Positions 29,465 to 40,819 of a DNA stretch of 64,000 nt are shown in pieces. The DNA is taken from the NCBI GenBank assembly GCA_045537895.1, contig JAZSQI010000005.1:60-64059 (forward strand). The letters are read 5' to 3'. Positions within the stretch are counted from its first letter, which is position 1. The number at the start of each line of letters is the position of its first letter. The position numbers and the translations under genes were made by a program. The stretch is from Clostridia bacterium. GTDB lineage: Bacteria; Bacillota; Clostridia; TANB77; CAG-465. The notes beneath the pieces are model-generated. The model was not told the DNA's origin, did not search any database, and saw only the letters and a program-made list of their open reading frames with translations.

Positions 29465-30811
29465 TTAATAATCAACTTTCATATCAGACGGTGTAAGCGC
29501 AGTTTCTATTGATATAACAGTTGTTCCTGTTAGCGCCTGTAACTCAACAAATTGTTCTTGTTCATACACAGGTTTATCTAATTTATAATAGACGGTTGCG
29601 CCTGTTGTTAAAGCGCCTGTTGTACTAATATATTCTCCTTTTATAGTTTCCCCATTATAGCTTTCAATTACACCAATATTTCTAACTACTATACCGTTAA
29701 TATAATCTATATAGTCAGCAGTATCTCCTACTTTTCTTAAAGGAGCATCAATATACATATCATATGTTATAGGTTCAACATACGGTTCATATGTTTCATA
29801 ATCAATTGCAGAATGCTGTATGCCAAGCATAATATTTGATATTTTTATACTACCACTATGCGTTGCTAGTGTTGTTCCAAAAGCCGATGATTCTCCAACG
29901 GTAAATCTAAAATGCAAATATGGATATTCTTTATAACGATTATCAAAGCTTCCTCTTCCAGTTACATTCTGCACAAATACTCCCTTTACTTTAGAAGAAT
30001 TTTTAGTAAAAACGTTCTGATTCCCCGAAGTAAATGCCGTGTATGTAAATCCTCCTTTAGAATTTGCAATCGCATTATGAACTATATATCTTATATTCGT
30101 ATTCTCAAGCACCTCGTATTGAATTGCATAAGTATATTCTTTACTAGATTTTAATATTATTTTATTGTTTGTACAAAGGTCTTTCCATCCTATAGTCTCT
30201 CCTGCTACTGCTGTTAAAACAGTATCTATTGGAAAATCTGTTAGGTTTTTACCACTAACTTTAATTGGTATTTTGTATTTTCCATAGTTGCTATCTGCTG
30301 AATCTGTTTCTAAATCTCCAACATTTTGTATTTCAACAGGAGCATCTATTGATGGAGTTGTTGCCTGATAACTGTTACCATATATTCTATATTGCATAAG
30401 TTCTTCTTGATTTGAATCATTTAAAACAACAGCTTGATTTTCAAATACTATATCTTCACCTTTTGCTAATATGTTCATTTCTTTTGCTACTTTTTTTATA
30501 TTTTCGTTTGCATCATTTAAAACGATAAGCTTTCCTTCTCTTACAGCAGTTATTTCTTCATATTTTTCGTTATCTATTCCTACGTGAGATAATTTCGTAA
30601 AATCATCTTCATCATGGTGAACTAATAAGCTAGTAAATTTACTAGCAATATCATCTTGCAGAGCAGAAAGTTCAGTAGATATTTTAGATTGATTAGTTCC
30701 TCCAAGTAAATCATTTCCTGTTATTTGAAGTATAATAATTCCTGCTATTATTATCATAACAACCATTGTTATTACAAGAACAATTATCGATATACCTTTT
30801 TTATTTTTCAT
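29465..30811 (-). CDS. type IV pilin-like protein with large C-terminal domain
   Basis: KKG|ISIIVLVITMVVMIIIAG class III signal peptide (no Glu5). Confidence 0.7.
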   Translation of the reverse strand: MKNKKGISIIVLVITMVVMIIIAGIIILQITGNDLLGGTNQSKISTELSALQDDIASKFTSLLVHHDEDDFTKLSHVGIDNEKYEEITAVREGKLIVLNDANENIKKVAKEMNILAKGEDIVFENQAVVLNDSNQEELMQYRIYGNSYQATTPSIDAPVEIQNVGDLETDSADSNYGKYKIPIKVSGKNLTDFPIDTVLTAVAGETIGWKDLCTNNKIILKSSKEYTYAIQYEVLENTNIRYIVHNAIANSKGGFTYTAFTSGNQNVFTKNSSKVKGVFVQNVTGRGSFDNRYKEYPYLHFRFTVGESSAFGTTLATHSGSIKISNIMLGIQHSAIDYETYEPYVEPITYDMYIDAPLRKVGDTADYIDYINGIVVRNIGVIESYNGETIKGEYISTTGALTTGATVYYKLDKPVYEQEQFVELQALTGTTVISIETALTPSDMKVDY

Positions 30812-30883
30812 ATTTTACCTCTCTTATGTACTATTAAATATATTAAATCATATATATCTAGATTTATCAATATTTTTTAGCTA

Positions 30884-33511
30884 CTAACTAATTTTATCTT
30901 TTAATCTATATAATGTGTCTAGTGCTTCTTTTGCTGTAAGTTCGTCTAGACATATTTTATCTAATATCTTTCCTACTTCTGCCAGTTTATAGTTAAACAT
31001 GTCTACCTGCATGTTATGGTTTATAACTTTAGTTTCATTTTTCTTTGCCTTTTTATTAATGTTACTTTCTTCTAGTTTTTTTAATAATTCTTTAGACCTA
31101 TTAAGAACAGATTTTGGAACCCCTGCAAGTTTTGCAACATATATACCATATGACTCATCTGCGCCTCCTTCAACAATTTTACGAAGGAATATTACATCGT
31201 CACCTTTTTCTTTTACTGCAACAGAGTAATTATTAATTCCATCTTGAGTTTCACCAAGCTCAGTAAGTTCATGATAATGTGTAGCAAAAAGCGTCTTGGC
31301 TCCTATTTTTTCTTTGTTCCATATGTATTCTACTGTTGCCCACGCAATAGATAAGCCATCATAAGTAGAAGTTCCTCTACCTATTTCATCAAGTATTATT
31401 AATGAGTTTTTAGTTGCATTATCTAAAATATTTGAAAGTTCTGTCATCTCTACCATAAATGTAGATTCTCCCATCGCTAGGTCATCACTTGCACCAACTC
31501 TAGTAAAGATTCTATCTACTATTCCAATTTTTGCATACGATGCTGGAACATAACATCCTATTTGAGCCATGTACGTTATAACGGCAACTTGCCTCATATA
31601 TGTAGATTTACCTGCCATATTTGGCCCAGTTATAATATGAAAACGATTACTTTCCTCATCCATAGTAGTATCATTTGGAATAAATTCTATATCTCTTAAA
31701 GATTTTTCAACAACCGGATGTCTTCCATCTTTAATTTCAAGCGTTCCATCATTTGTTATAAGTGGTTTTACATAGTTTTCATTTTCAGCCACATATGCAA
31801 AACTACAAAGTACATCTAATATAGATATTGCTTCTGCTGATTTTTGTACCCTATATGTTGCTTCTGCAATTTTACTTCTAATCTCTACAAATAGTTTATA
31901 CTCTAAATCCATTAACTTGTCTTCACTACCTAGTATTTTTTCTTCTATTTGCTTTAATTCTTCTGTTATATATCTTTCTCCACCAGTAAGTGTTTGTTTA
32001 CGTATAAACCTATCTTCTGGAACCTGTGATAAAAAAGACTTAGTTACCTCAATATAATAGCCAAAAACCTTATTATATCCTACTTTTAAATTTTTTATAC
32101 CCGTTCGCTCTTTTTCGTCTGTTTCAAGCTTCATAAGCCAGTTTTTACCTTCTGTAGATGCTAAACGAAGTTCATCCACTAACTGGTTATACCCTTTTTT
32201 TATTATTTTTCCTTCTTTGATTGTTATACCAACATCCTCATCTATACTTGCTTCAATTAATTCATATATATCTTTAAGCTCGTCTATTTGGGCATATAAT
32301 TTTAATAAATAAGTATTATCTTTGCCTTCATTATATTTTATAATATTTAAAATTTTATCTTTAATTTCTGGAAGATAACGTGCTGAATTTTTTAAAGATA
32401 TTAAATCTCTTCCATTAATGCTTCCAGCTACAACTTTAGCAATTATTCTTTCAATATCATAAATATTTCTTAGTGTATCTATTAAATCATCTCTAAAGAA
32501 TATATTAGCTTTTATAGCCTCTACTGCATCTAATCTTTCTGTTATATCTTTAGCATTTAAAAGTGGTTTTTCAAGCCATTTTTTCATTTGTCTTGCACCC
32601 ATTGCAGTACATGTTTTATCAAGAACCCATAAAAGGCTTCCTTTTTTTGTTTTCTCTCTACTAGATTCTAGTATTTCGAGATTTTTTCTAGTAGCACTGT
32701 CTAATCTCATGAATTTTTCTAGAGAATATTTTTCTATTTTATTTATCTGACTTGCCTCAGATTTTTGTGTTTCAGTTATATATGTTAAAAGTTGAATAAG
32801 TGATGTTTCTTCTACCCTGCTTAAATCAATATCATATCTTTTTAGCATATCTAGTGTGTTTTTTTCTGCTTCATCATCCTCTTTATATGTAGAAATATAT
32901 GTATTTATTCTTTTTGTAATGTTATCGATTACATGTTTTTGATTAATCATATTTTCTGATAATATAAACTCAGAAGGTAATACTCTCATTACATCATCTA
33001 TTATCTTATCAACCGAACTTAACCCTTCTACGTGAGTTATATAACATTCTCCTGTAGATATATCAGCATATGAAAAAGCATATTCTTTTCCAATACATGA
33101 AATATTTGCCACATAGTTATTTTTTGTTTCATCAAGCATACTTGATTCTAATAGCGTTCCTGGCGTAACAATCTTTACTACATCTCTTTTTACTAATCCC
33201 TTTGCTTCTTTGGGATCTTCTACTTGCTCACATATTGCTACCTTATACCCTTTTTCAATTAACTTTTGTATATATGTTGCTCTGCTATGATAAGGAACTC
33301 CACACATTGGAGCTCTTTCTTCTAAACCACAATCTTTTCCGGTTAGAGTAAGCTCTAGCTCCCTACTACATAATTTAGCATCGTCAAAAAACATTTCGTA
33401 GAAATCACCTAATCTAAAAAACAATATAGTATCAGGATTTTTTTCTTTTATATCTAAATATTGTTGCATCATTGGCGATAGTGCCATTTTATTTACCCCC
33501 ATCTTTTTCAT
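30884..33511 (-). CDS. mutS: DNA mismatch repair protein MutS
   Basis: PMMQQY, GDFYE, TGPNMAGKSTYMRQ, DEIGRGTST. Confidence 0.97.
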   Translation of the reverse strand: MKKMGVNKMALSPMMQQYLDIKEKNPDTILFFRLGDFYEMFFDDAKLCSRELELTLTGKDCGLEERAPMCGVPYHSRATYIQKLIEKGYKVAICEQVEDPKEAKGLVKRDVVKIVTPGTLLESSMLDETKNNYVANISCIGKEYAFSYADISTGECYITHVEGLSSVDKIIDDVMRVLPSEFILSENMINQKHVIDNITKRINTYISTYKEDDEAEKNTLDMLKRYDIDLSRVEETSLIQLLTYITETQKSEASQINKIEKYSLEKFMRLDSATRKNLEILESSREKTKKGSLLWVLDKTCTAMGARQMKKWLEKPLLNAKDITERLDAVEAIKANIFFRDDLIDTLRNIYDIERIIAKVVAGSINGRDLISLKNSARYLPEIKDKILNIIKYNEGKDNTYLLKLYAQIDELKDIYELIEASIDEDVGITIKEGKIIKKGYNQLVDELRLASTEGKNWLMKLETDEKERTGIKNLKVGYNKVFGYYIEVTKSFLSQVPEDRFIRKQTLTGGERYITEELKQIEEKILGSEDKLMDLEYKLFVEIRSKIAEATYRVQKSAEAISILDVLCSFAYVAENENYVKPLITNDGTLEIKDGRHPVVEKSLRDIEFIPNDTTMDEESNRFHIITGPNMAGKSTYMRQVAVITYMAQIGCYVPASYAKIGIVDRIFTRVGASDDLAMGESTFMVEMTELSNILDNATKNSLIILDEIGRGTSTYDGLSIAWATVEYIWNKEKIGAKTLFATHYHELTELGETQDGINNYSVAVKEKGDDVIFLRKIVEGGADESYGIYVAKLAGVPKSVLNRSKELLKKLEESNINKKAKKNETKVINHNMQVDMFNYKLAEVGKILDKICLDELTAKEALDTLYRLKDKIS

Positions 33512-33685
33512 TTTTGTAAATTATATCAGATTTTTTATATAAAAACAATAATTCTTTTGTAATCATGTAATATTGCTATTTTGGGCTTGTATTGTAACAT
33601 AATTGTAATAATCTTTTTCTCGTATTTTATTGCAAAATTATTATATATACTATATGATTTGTATATATATGAAAGGAGTATATTT

Positions 33686-34786
33686 ATGAGTTTTAATAAC
33701 AATTCAGATTCATTAAGACTTATAGTGTTTAGTAACTGTAAAGAGTTTGGAAGTGCAGTAAATGAGCATTTGAACAAACTAAGAGGAACAAATACAAGTT
33801 ACATTGTTCCAATAAAAGAGAGTAGATTTAGCAATGGCGAGGGTAAAATACAAATAAATGAAACTATACGTAGTAAAGATTTGTATATAATATCAGATAT
33901 TGGTAATCACTCTATGACATATAACATGTTTGGTTATTCTAATCATATGGGGCCTGACGAACATTTCCAAGACATTAAAAGAGCCATTTCGGCTATAAAA
34001 GGACATGCTAAAAAGATAAATGTAATTATGCCTCTTCTTTATTCATCAAGGCAACACAAAAGAGAATCTCGAGAATCTCTGGATTGTGCTATAGCCCTTC
34101 AAGAATTAGCAGCTTTAGGTGTAGACAGTATTATAACATTTGATGCACATGATCCAAATGTGCAAAACGCAGTTCCATGTATGGATTTTGAAAATTTTTA
34201 CCCAACACACACTATTTTAGAAGAATTTATAGATACAGAAGACGTAGATTTAAGTAACATTTTAATAGTTAGTCCTGATGCTGGCGCTATGAAGAGAAAT
34301 ATTTACTATGCAAACATGCTTAATGCAGATGTTGGTATGTTCTATAAAAGACGCGACTTGACTAAAGTTGTTGATGGAAAGAATCCTATTGTTGCACACG
34401 AATATAGTGGTAGAGATGTAGAAGGGAAAAACATTATAGTAGTTGATGATATGATAGCTTCTGGTGATTCTATATTAGATGTTGCAAAAGAGTTAAAAAA
34501 CAGAGGCGCTAATAAAATATTCTTAATTTCTACATTTTGCTTTTTTACATCTGGAATTAAAAAGTTTGAAGAAGCATACAAAAAAGGCTTTTTTGACAAA
34601 ATATATTCAACGGACTTATCATATGTGTATGATGATGTCAAAGAAATGCCATGGTTTAAGGAGGTGTCTTGCTCAAACTACCTTGCTAGTATAATAAACA
34701 CACTAAATAATGAAAAGTCAATATCTCCTTTACTTAATGGAAAAGAACATGTTCTAAACAAACTAAAAGAAAAATTATCAAAATAA
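33686..34786 (+). CDS. prs: ribose-phosphate pyrophosphokinase
   Basis: FSNGE, SPDAGA, VVDDMIASG; start set at the ATG after AAGGAG. Confidence 0.92.
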   Translation: MSFNNNSDSLRLIVFSNCKEFGSAVNEHLNKLRGTNTSYIVPIKESRFSNGEGKIQINETIRSKDLYIISDIGNHSMTYNMFGYSNHMGPDEHFQDIKRAISAIKGHAKKINVIMPLLYSSRQHKRESRESLDCAIALQELAALGVDSIITFDAHDPNVQNAVPCMDFENFYPTHTILEEFIDTEDVDLSNILIVSPDAGAMKRNIYYANMLNADVGMFYKRRDLTKVVDGKNPIVAHEYSGRDVEGKNIIVVDDMIASGDSILDVAKELKNRGANKIFLISTFCFFTSGIKKFEEAYKKGFFDKIYSTDLSYVYDDVKEMPWFKEVSCSNYLASIINTLNNEKSISPLLNGKEHVLNKLKEKLSK

Positions 34787-34832
34787 TATATGTTATTAAG
34801 CTATCTATAAGTTATCTTTTAGATAGCTTAAT

Positions 34833-34861
34833 TTGACATCTTTTTAATAAAGCTGTATAAT
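34833..34861 (+). promoter_or_regulatory. consensus sigmaA promoter
   Basis: TTGACA-N17-TATAAT immediately after the prs terminator hairpin (34796-34831). Confidence 0.75.
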
Positions 34862-34888
34862 TATAGCTAGGTAACAATTATATGAAAG

Positions 34889-36754
34889 GTGGTTTTTATG
34901 AGAATACTAAAAGATTTTAAAATCCCTAATTTTAAATTTCCTAAATTTAAAATGAACGACATAGGAGATATTAAAGAATTGGATTTAAAAAGCACGTCTT
35001 CAAAAGATCTAGCAAAAAAAGATTCTAAGGGATATACTCCTTCAAATTATAAAGATGTAAAAGAAATATTTGAAAAATCCACTACTTTATACAAAGATAA
35101 TGTTTGTATATTGTATAAAAAAGATCACAAAGAACCTTTTCGTGAGTATACATACTCTGATTTTAGGGCTGACGTAATAGGTTTTGGAACTGGACTTTCT
35201 AAAATATTAAAATTAGATAATAGTCCTGTAGTTATATATGGTGAAACTAGCTATAACTGGTATGTATCATATATGACGTTATTATGTTCTACTAATATAG
35301 CTGTTCCAATGGATAAAGAGCTTCCAATAAACGAAGTTGAAAACGTTATAAAACGTTCAAAAGCAGAAGCAGTTATTTTCTCTTCTAAGAAAAAGGAAGT
35401 TATAGAAAAACTAAAAGATTCTTTAGATGGCGTTAAATATTTTATAGAAATGGATTCAGAAGAAACTCTAGAAAACAAATTTGTTGGTATGGAATATATT
35501 ATTGATAAAGGAAAAGATATTTGTGTTTCTGGAGACAATTCCTTTATGGAAACCAAGATAGATCCAGAAGCGTTTAAAGTATTGTTATTTACTTCTGGTA
35601 CTACTTCTTCTGCTAAAGGAGTTATGCTTTGCCACAGAAATTTAGCAGAAAACGTAAATGCAATATCTGCATACGTTAATTTAACAGAAAAAGACAGACT
35701 ATTTTCTGTTCTTCCTCTTCATCACACATATGAATCTACAGTTGGGTTCTTAGAACCAATTTCTGTTGGAGCATCAATTGGTGTATGCGAAGGATTAAAA
35801 TATATAGTACCTAACTTAAAAGAAATTAAACCAACAGCTATTCTTGCTGTGCCACTTTTAGTTGAAAGTTTATACAAAAAAATCTACGGTAATATTGTTA
35901 AGAGTAAAAAAGAAGGCTTAGTAAATTCAATGATTACAATTACTAATGCTCTTAAAGCAACTCATATTGATATAAAAAGAAAAGTTTTTGGAGAAATATA
36001 TGAAAATCTTGGTGGAAACTTAAAATATATTGTTTCTGCAGCAGCTCCAATTGATCCTAAAATAGGTAAATGGTTAGAAAACATTGGTATTATATTCCTT
36101 CAAGGTTATGGTCTTACTGAAACTGCACCTATAGCAGCACTTACTCCAGAATTTGATACAAAAGTAGGCTCTGTAGGTAAACCTGTTATTTGTGCAGATA
36201 TAAAGATTGATAATCCAAATGAAAATGGCGAAGGTGAAATATTAATTAAAAGCAAAACATTAATGCTTGGTTATTATAAAGATGAAGAAGCAACAAAAGA
36301 AGTTATGGATGGAGAGTACTTTAAATCTGGTGATGTTGGTTACATAGATAAAGATGGTTTCTTATACATAACAGGAAGGTCTAAAAATGTTATTGTAACT
36401 CAAAACGGAAAAAATATATACCCGGAAGAAATAGAAAACTTACTAAAAGATATAGATGAAATTTCTGAATGTATGGTATATGGTAAAGAAGTTGAGGGCG
36501 AAAAAGAATTAATAATTACAGCCTTACTTATTCCTAATTATGCATATATTGAAGAAAACTACGGTAAAAATTTAAACAAAGACCAAATACATGATATTGT
36601 TTGGAATAAAATTAAAGAAGTAAACAAATCACTATCTACGTATAAAGCAATTAAGAAACTAGAAATTAAAGAAGATGAATTTGCTAAAACAACTACAATG
36701 AAAATTAAAAGATATGAAGAATTAAAGAAAATGAAACAAGAAGAAAACAAATAG
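34889..36754 (+). CDS. long-chain fatty acid--CoA ligase (AMP-binding)
   Basis: FTSGTTSSAKG, QGYGLTET, SGDVG, GRSKN. Confidence 0.9.
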   Translation: MVFMRILKDFKIPNFKFPKFKMNDIGDIKELDLKSTSSKDLAKKDSKGYTPSNYKDVKEIFEKSTTLYKDNVCILYKKDHKEPFREYTYSDFRADVIGFGTGLSKILKLDNSPVVIYGETSYNWYVSYMTLLCSTNIAVPMDKELPINEVENVIKRSKAEAVIFSSKKKEVIEKLKDSLDGVKYFIEMDSEETLENKFVGMEYIIDKGKDICVSGDNSFMETKIDPEAFKVLLFTSGTTSSAKGVMLCHRNLAENVNAISAYVNLTEKDRLFSVLPLHHTYESTVGFLEPISVGASIGVCEGLKYIVPNLKEIKPTAILAVPLLVESLYKKIYGNIVKSKKEGLVNSMITITNALKATHIDIKRKVFGEIYENLGGNLKYIVSAAAPIDPKIGKWLENIGIIFLQGYGLTETAPIAALTPEFDTKVGSVGKPVICADIKIDNPNENGEGEILIKSKTLMLGYYKDEEATKEVMDGEYFKSGDVGYIDKDGFLYITGRSKNVIVTQNGKNIYPEEIENLLKDIDEISECMVYGKEVEGEKELIITALLIPNYAYIEENYGKNLNKDQIHDIVWNKIKEVNKSLSTYKAIKKLEIKEDEFAKTTTMKIKRYEELKKMKQEENK

Positions 36755-36758
36755 AAAC

Positions 36759-36788
36759 AAACCTCACTCAAAATCTAGAGTGAGGTTT
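36759..36788. terminator. bidirectional terminator between convergent genes
   Basis: AAACCTCACTC...GAGTGAGGTTT. Confidence 0.75.
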
Positions 36789-36791
36789 ATT

Positions 36792-37853
36792 TTATTGTTC
36801 TCCCATTTTTAATCTTTCAGCTTTATCTGCAGCTTGAAGAGCTTCAACCATATCAGTTATATTTCCATTCATAAAAGAATCCAGTTGATACATTGTATAG
36901 TTTATTCTATGATCTGTTACCCTGTTTTGTGGATAATTATATGTTCTTATTTTTTCACTTCTTGCTCCACTTCCTACTTGCAATTTTCTTTCGTTTGCTT
37001 GCTCTGCCATTTGTTTTTCTTGCATAAATTCATATAGTTTAGACCTAAGCATTTTCATAGCAGTTTCTCTATTTTGAATTTGCGATCTTTCTGTTTGACA
37101 AGCTACTACAAAACCTGTTGGAATGTGTGTTATTCTTACTGCTGATTCTGTTTTGTTAATATGTTGTCCACCTGCTCCACTTGCTCTATATGTATCTATT
37201 TTTAAATCACTTGTATTTATCTCTACTTCTACATCATCAATTTCAGGAAGAACTGCAACCGTAACTGTAGATGTATGTATTCTTCCACTTGCTTCTGTTT
37301 CAGGAACTCTTTGAACTCTATGAACACCACTTTCAAATTTAAGTTTACTATATGCTCCTTTACCTTTAATCATGAAGGATACTTCTTTTATTCCACCTAT
37401 TCCAGTTTCATTCATATCTAATACTTCTGCTGTCCAATGCATAGCGTCAGCATACATTGAATACATTCTATATAAATTATATGCAAACAATGCTGCTTCC
37501 TCTCCACCTGCTCCTCCACGTATTTCTATAATTACGTTATTGTCGTCATTTACATCTTTTGGAAGCAATAATATTTTTAATTCTTCTTCTAGTCCTGGAA
37601 TTTTTTCTTTATTTTCATAATATTCCATTTCTGCCATTTCTTTCATTTCAGGATCAGACATTAATTCTTCTGCATCATCCATTGCACTTTTTACTTTTTT
37701 GTATTCTCTAAACTTTTCTACAACATCTGTAAGCATTGATTGTTCTTTCATATATTTCTTAAAACTATTTTGATCTGATATAACTTCTGGATCGGAAATC
37801 AGTTTATTTAATTCTTCATATCTTTTCTCTACTTCTTCTAATTTATCAAACAT
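36792..37853 (-). CDS. prfA: peptide chain release factor 1
   Basis: GGQ motif, PET (PxT) RF1 specificity motif. Confidence 0.96.
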   Translation of the reverse strand: MFDKLEEVEKRYEELNKLISDPEVISDQNSFKKYMKEQSMLTDVVEKFREYKKVKSAMDDAEELMSDPEMKEMAEMEYYENKEKIPGLEEELKILLLPKDVNDDNNVIIEIRGGAGGEEAALFAYNLYRMYSMYADAMHWTAEVLDMNETGIGGIKEVSFMIKGKGAYSKLKFESGVHRVQRVPETEASGRIHTSTVTVAVLPEIDDVEVEINTSDLKIDTYRASGAGGQHINKTESAVRITHIPTGFVVACQTERSQIQNRETAMKMLRSKLYEFMQEKQMAEQANERKLQVGSGARSEKIRTYNYPQNRVTDHRINYTMYQLDSFMNGNITDMVEALQAADKAERLKMGEQ

Positions 37854-37987
37854 ATATTTTCTCCTTTAAAATTCGTATTTGCTCTATATATTTTAACATT
37901 TATACGTTGCTTTTTCAATAACAGAAGCATATTTTGCTAATAATAGCGAAAAAATATGGTATAGAAATAATTCTATACCACTTATTT

Positions 37988-40009
37988 TTATTCAACTGTA
38001 TCACTAGAAGTACCAAATATTTCATCAAATTTCTTCTCTAATTCCTTTTGAAGATCTATCATTTCATTTTGTGTTTGAGCTATTGGAGATGTGTTTTCCA
38101 TTACATTGTTTGTATTTTTTTCTCCTAAATCTATATCAAATGAATCATTTTGACCAACATCCACCTCTGGAATTTCAGTTTCTTTTCTTTGATTTAATAT
38201 TTCTTTTGCTTTTCTTACTCTATCATTAATATGCTTTTGAACATCCATAACTCTTACTTCTACATCATCTGTTTTAGGCATTTCAGATATGTTTCGTATT
38301 TCTGTTCTTCTAGCTATATCTCTCATTGGATGATATTTAAAGTACCATGCTTTCTTTGCCTTTATTGGTTTTAAGCCTCTAACCAAAAGTATTTCCTCAT
38401 CAGAAGGAAGTCTCTTAAGTTCATCTACAGTCATAAGATCTCTTCCTTGTCTTTGCTCACTTAGTGATATTCCTTGTGTTGTCATATTATCTTTATCTCT
38501 ATTTTTTGATTTGCTTTCAAATTTTATTGTCTTTTGTCCTAAACTCTTTGAGAAATACTCACATGTTTTTATAGATTGGCTTCCCAAGAATAAATGAGTA
38601 TCACAGTTACCTAAAATATTTTCATAGTTGTCTTTGTATAACGCTTCTAATTGATCTAAACTCTGCACAACTATAGATATACTTATTCCCAAACTTCTTG
38701 TTGTACTTAGTTTTTTATTAAAGTCAGGTATTTGACCAATATTTGCAAATTCATCAAGCAAGAAATATACTTGATGGTTTAATGTTCCACCATTTCTATC
38801 TGCTTGAACATATAGCTTTTGTAACATCTGACTAAAGAATATAGTTGATATAAAATCATATGTACTATCAGATGCTGATGTTATTACGAAAAGCGCCAAT
38901 TTCTTTTGACCTAAATCATCAAAATTTATATTGTTACTTGTTGTTATTCTTTGCATAGCAGGTGTATCAAATGCAGTTATTTTAGAAATAGTTGAAACAA
39001 CTATACTTTGCATTGTTTTGTCTGCTGCTGTACTAAAGTTTTCATATTCTTTTCTTCCTGGATGTTCAGGTTTTAACTCATTAATAAATAACTTCTTAAA
39101 TATATCTGGGTCAGCTCCACCTTGTCTTATTATATTAAGACAACTTGATATGTTTTGCTCTTCTTTTGGAAGAACAGATATAACGTAGTATATACAAGCT
39201 TTTAAAAGCATCTTAGCCGTTTCATCCCAGAACGGGTCATTACTTCCAGTGCCTTTAGTAGCACCTTGAACAATTGTATGAGCAATAATGTCTACACTAG
39301 TGTGGTCAACTATATGCGCCAATGGATTATATCTATCACTGTATTCAGGATTTACTAAATTAAATGCTCTTACTTCATAACCATTTTCTTTTAGGAAACC
39401 TGATGTTTCTCTATATAACTCCCCTTTAGGGTCTGTTATAACGTAAGAACCTAACATTTGAAGTATGTTTGGTTTAATATAACAAGCTGATTTACCGGCA
39501 CCAGATCCACCGACAACAAGTATATTCTTGTTTATCTTAACCTTTCTTAGATCTGTTCCTAAATAATGTTTTTTACTTAGTATAAAGCCACTTTTTTTAT
39601 TTAATATTTCACTTCCATCTGATAGTTTCTTATACTCTTCTCCACCTTTACTCCAATCACTTGAGCCACTTTCAATGCCATCATATTCATGTTTACTTTT
39701 ATTTTTAACCAAGAAGTATATTGTTAATGCAATAAATACTATAAGTAAATAAAAACAGCCTGATAAAAATTCGCTTATAATTCCTTCTTTGAATATTCCT
39801 CCAATTATTTTAAATGGATTTTTCATATACTCTCCCATAGTAGTAAAAAAGCCATTAAAATCACTAAATATTCCTTCTCCTTCTTCTAGCACTACAGATT
39901 TAGTAACGCAAAAAGCTCCTACTATTTCTATACATAGAATTAAGTAGAAGACTCCTATTGCTATAAGTTGTCCTTTAAATTTTCTAATTGTTTCCATATA
40001 TCCTCCCAA
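37988..40009 (-). CDS. VirD4/TraG-family type IV coupling protein
   Basis: Two N-terminal TMs, GGSGAGKS Walker A, TDPKGEL, LDEFAN, QSLDQL. Confidence 0.88.
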   Translation of the reverse strand: MGGYMETIRKFKGQLIAIGVFYLILCIEIVGAFCVTKSVVLEEGEGIFSDFNGFFTTMGEYMKNPFKIIGGIFKEGIISEFLSGCFYLLIVFIALTIYFLVKNKSKHEYDGIESGSSDWSKGGEEYKKLSDGSEILNKKSGFILSKKHYLGTDLRKVKINKNILVVGGSGAGKSACYIKPNILQMLGSYVITDPKGELYRETSGFLKENGYEVRAFNLVNPEYSDRYNPLAHIVDHTSVDIIAHTIVQGATKGTGSNDPFWDETAKMLLKACIYYVISVLPKEEQNISSCLNIIRQGGADPDIFKKLFINELKPEHPGRKEYENFSTAADKTMQSIVVSTISKITAFDTPAMQRITTSNNINFDDLGQKKLALFVITSASDSTYDFISTIFFSQMLQKLYVQADRNGGTLNHQVYFLLDEFANIGQIPDFNKKLSTTRSLGISISIVVQSLDQLEALYKDNYENILGNCDTHLFLGSQSIKTCEYFSKSLGQKTIKFESKSKNRDKDNMTTQGISLSEQRQGRDLMTVDELKRLPSDEEILLVRGLKPIKAKKAWYFKYHPMRDIARRTEIRNISEMPKTDDVEVRVMDVQKHINDRVRKAKEILNQRKETEIPEVDVGQNDSFDIDLGEKNTNNVMENTSPIAQTQNEMIDLQKELEKKFDEIFGTSSDTVE

Positions 40010-40041
40010 AACAGATAATATTATACTATCATTCCGTCTTC

Positions 40042-40176
40042 TTATTTTGCTTTTTCCTCTTTTTGTTTTTCTATGCTTACTTCACCTAGTGATATATAAG
40101 CTTTTGATGTTTCTTTAAACTCTCTTCCATCCCACGAAAGAGGAGCTGCTGCTATATTAAGCATCATTTTTTCCAC
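40042..40176 (-). CDS. small hypothetical protein (44 aa)
   Basis: GGAGG RBS + GTG; MEKMMLNIAAAPLSWDGREFKETSKAY...; below the ORF-track cutoff. Confidence 0.55.
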   Translation of the reverse strand: MEKMMLNIAAAPLSWDGREFKETSKAYISLGEVSIEKQKEEKAK

Positions 40177-40191
40177 TTTAAATCCTCCAAA

Positions 40192-40710
40192 CTATTTTCT
40201 ATCTAATCTTAATTCTAATATAATGTATGGTCTTAAAGGTAGTAATTTACATTTACCTTTTACCTCATTAGTAACATTATCAACATATAAAGTTGGTTTT
40301 ACTTCTTCGCCAGTGCTTGTATCAATAATAGCAAATTGTCTTTTCATGTTTGGTGTATATGAGAATTCTTTGTACTCAATACCATCTTGATTAAATACTG
40401 TACCATAAGATAATGGTATTGCATTATCTCTAGATACAAATCCATCTTCAGTCACTTCCCCAGTACTTAAAATTGCTCTTGATTTAGTAAGAGTAAGTAG
40501 TACAACCATTTGCTTTTGTTCACCATCAGGTATAATAGTAAATGTCTTCTTTATTTTTCCTTCCTCTTCCCTTTCTATTGATTCTAGTTTTTGCAGTGTA
40601 AATAATGAATTTCCTTTTCTATATTCATTATCGTTTCTTTCTACCAAAAACGCTATTGTATCCATACCTGGCATATCAATTATTTCAAAACTATTCATTT
40701 GTAAATTCAT
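40192..40710 (-). CDS. hypothetical beta-rich protein
   Basis: 172-aa ORF with GGAG RBS. Confidence 0.7.
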   Translation of the reverse strand: MNLQMNSFEIIDMPGMDTIAFLVERNDNEYRKGNSLFTLQKLESIEREEEGKIKKTFTIIPDGEQKQMVVLLTLTKSRAILSTGEVTEDGFVSRDNAIPLSYGTVFNQDGIEYKEFSYTPNMKRQFAIIDTSTGEEVKPTLYVDNVTNEVKGKCKLLPLRPYIILELRLDRK

Positions 40711-40819
40711 ATCATCAATCTCCTATTTAGATTACATAAATCTTAACACGAATATTATACTATATCTAATCAAATTTTTCAATATATTTTCCAATTTTTA
40801 TTATTTTGTTTCTACATTT

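Noticed and set aside
37988-40009. Calling the VirD4 region an ICE
   Set aside because: No integrase, relaxase, VirB4 or boundary repeats; flanks are housekeeping genes.
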